Below are positions 60,601 through 64,000 of a stretch of DNA of 64,000 bases, piece by piece. This DNA comes from the human T2T-CHM13v2.0 reference genome, Homo sapiens. Positions within the stretch are counted from its first letter, which is position 1; every line of letters starts with the position of its first letter. The DNA is taken from NCBI RefSeq assembly GCF_009914755.1, contig NC_060940.1, one strand, 5' to 3'. Both the position numbers and the translations under genes were made by a program. The notes under the pieces were generated by a model that searched no databases, was not told where the DNA came from, and worked only from the letters and a program-made list of their open reading frames with translations.

Positions 60601-63600
60601 GAGGGACCAGAGGCAGAGTTGTTACCAAGCTGTCCCCATTTCAGGATGTAAATATGCTCTCTATGCTAGTTTTTAACAGACTTCTCATTGATTCTATGAG
60701 CTTTCTGATATTCTACCACTATTTCTGCTTAAGCCAACTGGAAGTATTTTATTTTGCTACCACCAAAAATTCCAGAAAGAAACAGTATTAAGAAGGACAG
60801 TTTATAATTTGGTGATAATTATACTAAGAACACATCAGTGTAAAACCAAGGCATAATGGACTTTGGTGGAGACACTAATTGCAAATCAAAGTTAGAAGAA
60901 TATGAGCAGTTAAATGGTTCTTAAGCATAATCCCTTGTTATCCATGCTAGTGGTAACTTGTTACTTTCATTGGGGAATTCATCAGCAAACAATACAAACA
61001 CAACTAAAAAATGCACATTAATCCATTTGAGAAAACAGTGCGGAATGCAGACATCCAGTATAAATATCAGTTTCCAGAATACCTAATAACACATGCAATC
61101 AATGGGCTCCTGAACTGCATAATATAAGAAGTCAGAATTGTAATGAAGAGCATACAATCACGGAATATAGGCACCATCTGTCAAAAAATAAATAAACTCT
61201 TACTGCTGTGGGATTAAGAAAAGTCCCTTTACTTCTATAGAATTCAACTATCTTTTCCCAGCCATGTGGCAGTTAACCTTCTGAGAAATGCTGGAATGCC
61301 AACTTCCTTAAGGCAGAGAGAATACTTTGAGTCTTCAGCTCTAAGCAGTGTCTGGAGCATAATAAATGCTCAAAAGTGTCTGAGTAAGTAATGCAAGAAA
61401 ACAGGAGGCAGGAAGTCTTGTATTACAAATCTTAAAAATTGTAGGGGAAACAGTACTATAATAAGGAGATATTATTCAACATTTCTCCAAGACCATTTAC
61501 CTCAAAGACTTCTTCCCAACAAAATTGAAAGAGAAACGATTTCTCCCCATGATTTGTGTGGGCTAAAATATGATGGCTGAACTGTCAATATGATAAATTC
61601 TTATCTATAAAAGTGTGAGTCTGAGGTTAAGGGCAATTGAAATCAGTTCAAATGTGATACCTATAGTGAAGCACTTTTCAAGTCTAAAATTGAACAATAC
61701 ACCTCGGGAGAAAGATCTTCTAGAATCCCCATGAGAGATTTGGGGAGGTAAAGTGAATGAATCAAGATAAGTTTCCTTATATGTAAGTCAAGGGAAGAAT
61801 ATTATTTAAGATCACGCCTGCCCATAGCATTCCCATAAGACATCTGAACTCTTAGCTTCTAATATTGGATAAACGATGTCCAAACTGTGCAACCATGGAG
61901 AAATTGTATTTATTAATTTCATTTTTAAAAATTTCTTCACAACCACGAAACACAGCTTCTTTAGGCTTATTAAAGAGCTTATCACATGCCTAGCACTACT
62001 AAGCATTCAGTACATATCCGCTTTAATGATAGTTTGTTATTTTTACCATTTTTAGGTTTGTGTTGCTTTCTTTCATTGTTGTGAAAGCACAGAATTATGT
62101 GAAATGTGCCCAGTACATGAAATAGCTTTTTTTCATCTACATTCATGCTCAGTTTAAGTCCAGAATCTACAGATTTGTAATATCTTTCTCTTTTGGCAAG
62201 GAAGCCATACTATCTTTGCCTACTCCAACATTTTCTTCTGCTCTGCTATTAAAATCTTTACAGAACTTCAAAAGATATACCAGCATTTTAGGGAGCATAG
62301 TAGCCTCACAGTGCTGAAACACAATGTTCTCATTATGGGTATGCATTTGTGTGTGTATGTGAACCTCTTCCTGCACAAATCACATTTTCCTTAGTCCATT
62401 TATTCAAAGCTACGACCTTTCTCCCTGACTATGCTTGCTGAGGGAAGTTACCCATTGATGGTGGCAGTGTTGCTGTTGCCACCATTGCTGTTGCTGATAT
62501 TGGTAATAGTAGTGGTAGGGTTTTGTTTTTGTATAGCAAACACATTTATCCAAATAAAATGCTTGATGTTTGCTTCAAACTAGTCTCCTGAAATTGAATA
62601 ATTCTGATTGACTTGTAATGAGTCACATCCTATCAAATTCTTTTTTTTCCTTCATGGTAAATTTAAGAGATTCAAGTTTGACTATTGGCCATCTATTGCA
62701 TGTCAGGTTCTAAATGTGGCAGTTTCCATGCATTGGTCCCCACTTCACATATGAGAAAATTGACGTTCTGAGACCTTAATCCACTTGCGCAAGCTCGTGT
62801 ATGTTGTAAGTGATCCAAATTCAGATATTTTTGGCACAAAGCCTATGCTTTTTCCACTAGACCACCCCTCTTTAGCAGCACCTACAAACGGCTACTTACA
62901 GTTGATTTTCCTTTTGACAAGGGGAAATTGCATTCCCTGTGTATGGAGCTGTAACACACATGCTGTTTTTGCCTAAAAGCCTCCTCACCTCCCTCCTGCC
63001 AATCTTTGCCTTTTAATCCCTGTTTGAGTCTGCAAAGTGGAGAACCGCAGGCAAATATTTATTCACAAAATGAGCCATTTTTTTTTCCCATTTCTAACCC
63101 ATCCAAAGCTGCTCTTGTTTCTCTTTAAACTTTTGAAAAGCAATTTGCTTCTAGAAAGAAAAAAAAAAAAAGCAGAGAGAAATAAAGAATCTCAGCCCAA
63201 AGCCAGAGCCAGAAACAACGGGCCAGAAGTAAAAGTCTCTTCTGTAAGGTAGGCACTCCAATAAATTTTGGCTACTGACAATGCACATTTCAGATATTAA
63301 AGATGAGACATCATACAGGACTTTTGGGATTGGAGGAAAAGTCCTCACCCCTGGCGGATAACATGACACAGGTGGATTGAAGAAATGTGTACTGGAAGAA
63401 TATTACTAAGGCCCAGTTCCAGATAGAGTTTGTCATTAAACTGAACTTCTCTCATTGATTAATAAAATAAAAAACTTTTATTTACAGAGCAACATAAATT
63501 CTCCATAAACATCAACAGATACTTTGCATGGGTGCCTCAATTCTACCATCTTGCAAACAGGGCAGACATCACTGGTTGATCAAGGCTCTTGATCTTACTG

Positions 63601-63869
63601 GGCCAGGATTAACCTAGGCATCCTTATAAACATATCTTCTAGTCAGCCTCTATCAACCAAATGTAATAGGCACAGGGGGTAAAAAACCTTTGTGCCAACT
63701 CAAACACAGAAGACAGGCAATAAAGATGAGTATGATTTTGTTTTAGGTTTTTTTTTTTTCTAAGATACCATCAGGTTTTTCTATAATGTCAGCCACTGTT
63801 CTAATCAGTGAATACTCTCCTGACTTCAGAAATGCTTTAAGACTATCAAATAAGACATGACATTCAACC

Positions 63870-64000
63870 ATTAATGTATTCCCCAAACATTTATTAAGCA
63901 TGCATTTTATGCCAGATACTGCGATACTTATTGGACAAATGGAGATGACTCTTGTCTGATTCCGCTTTCAAGACAGAGCAATTTACCCCATTTGGAATCC
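63870..64000 (-). mobile_element. L2 3' end relic
   Basis: aaacatttattaagcatgcattttatgccagatactg. Confidence 0.5.

Noticed and set aside
60555-60791. ORF beginning MSSGGNSRPPGG
   Set aside because: Short, no recognisable homology, degenerates into AT-rich low-information sequence

Overview
Hominoid (human or great ape) AT-rich, repeat-dense non-coding genomic DNA, either intergenic or deep intronic. I recognise no host protein-coding exon, tRNA, rRNA or CRISPR array. The window holds about 20 Alus (J, S, Y), a young L1PA2/PA3 inserted in a Charlie1 DNA transposon, solo LTRs (LTR47, LTR12F, MER57, MLT1A/MST, MER21 with a nested HERV-H LTR7, THE1), Tigger-family DNA transposons, L2/MIR relics and microsatellites. 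Five structures stand out. (1) The L1 keeps both termini and its TSD but has lost ~3.1 kb internally; an 18-nt templated filler joins ORF1 in frame to the ORF2 C-terminus. (2) A ~180-bp, ~88% identical direct duplication lies 3 kb apart and matches no repeat I recognise. (3) An LTR12F carries a HERV9 leader fragment inside its 5' end yet keeps TG..CA and a 4-bp TSD. (4) A ~1-kb hierarchical palindromic microsatellite/minisatellite. (5) An LTR7B/Y with an expanded KLF-motif repeat. Repeat subfamily names come from my recall of consensus sequences, not from a search. I found no clear evidence of a wholly new biological system; the findings are leads to test.
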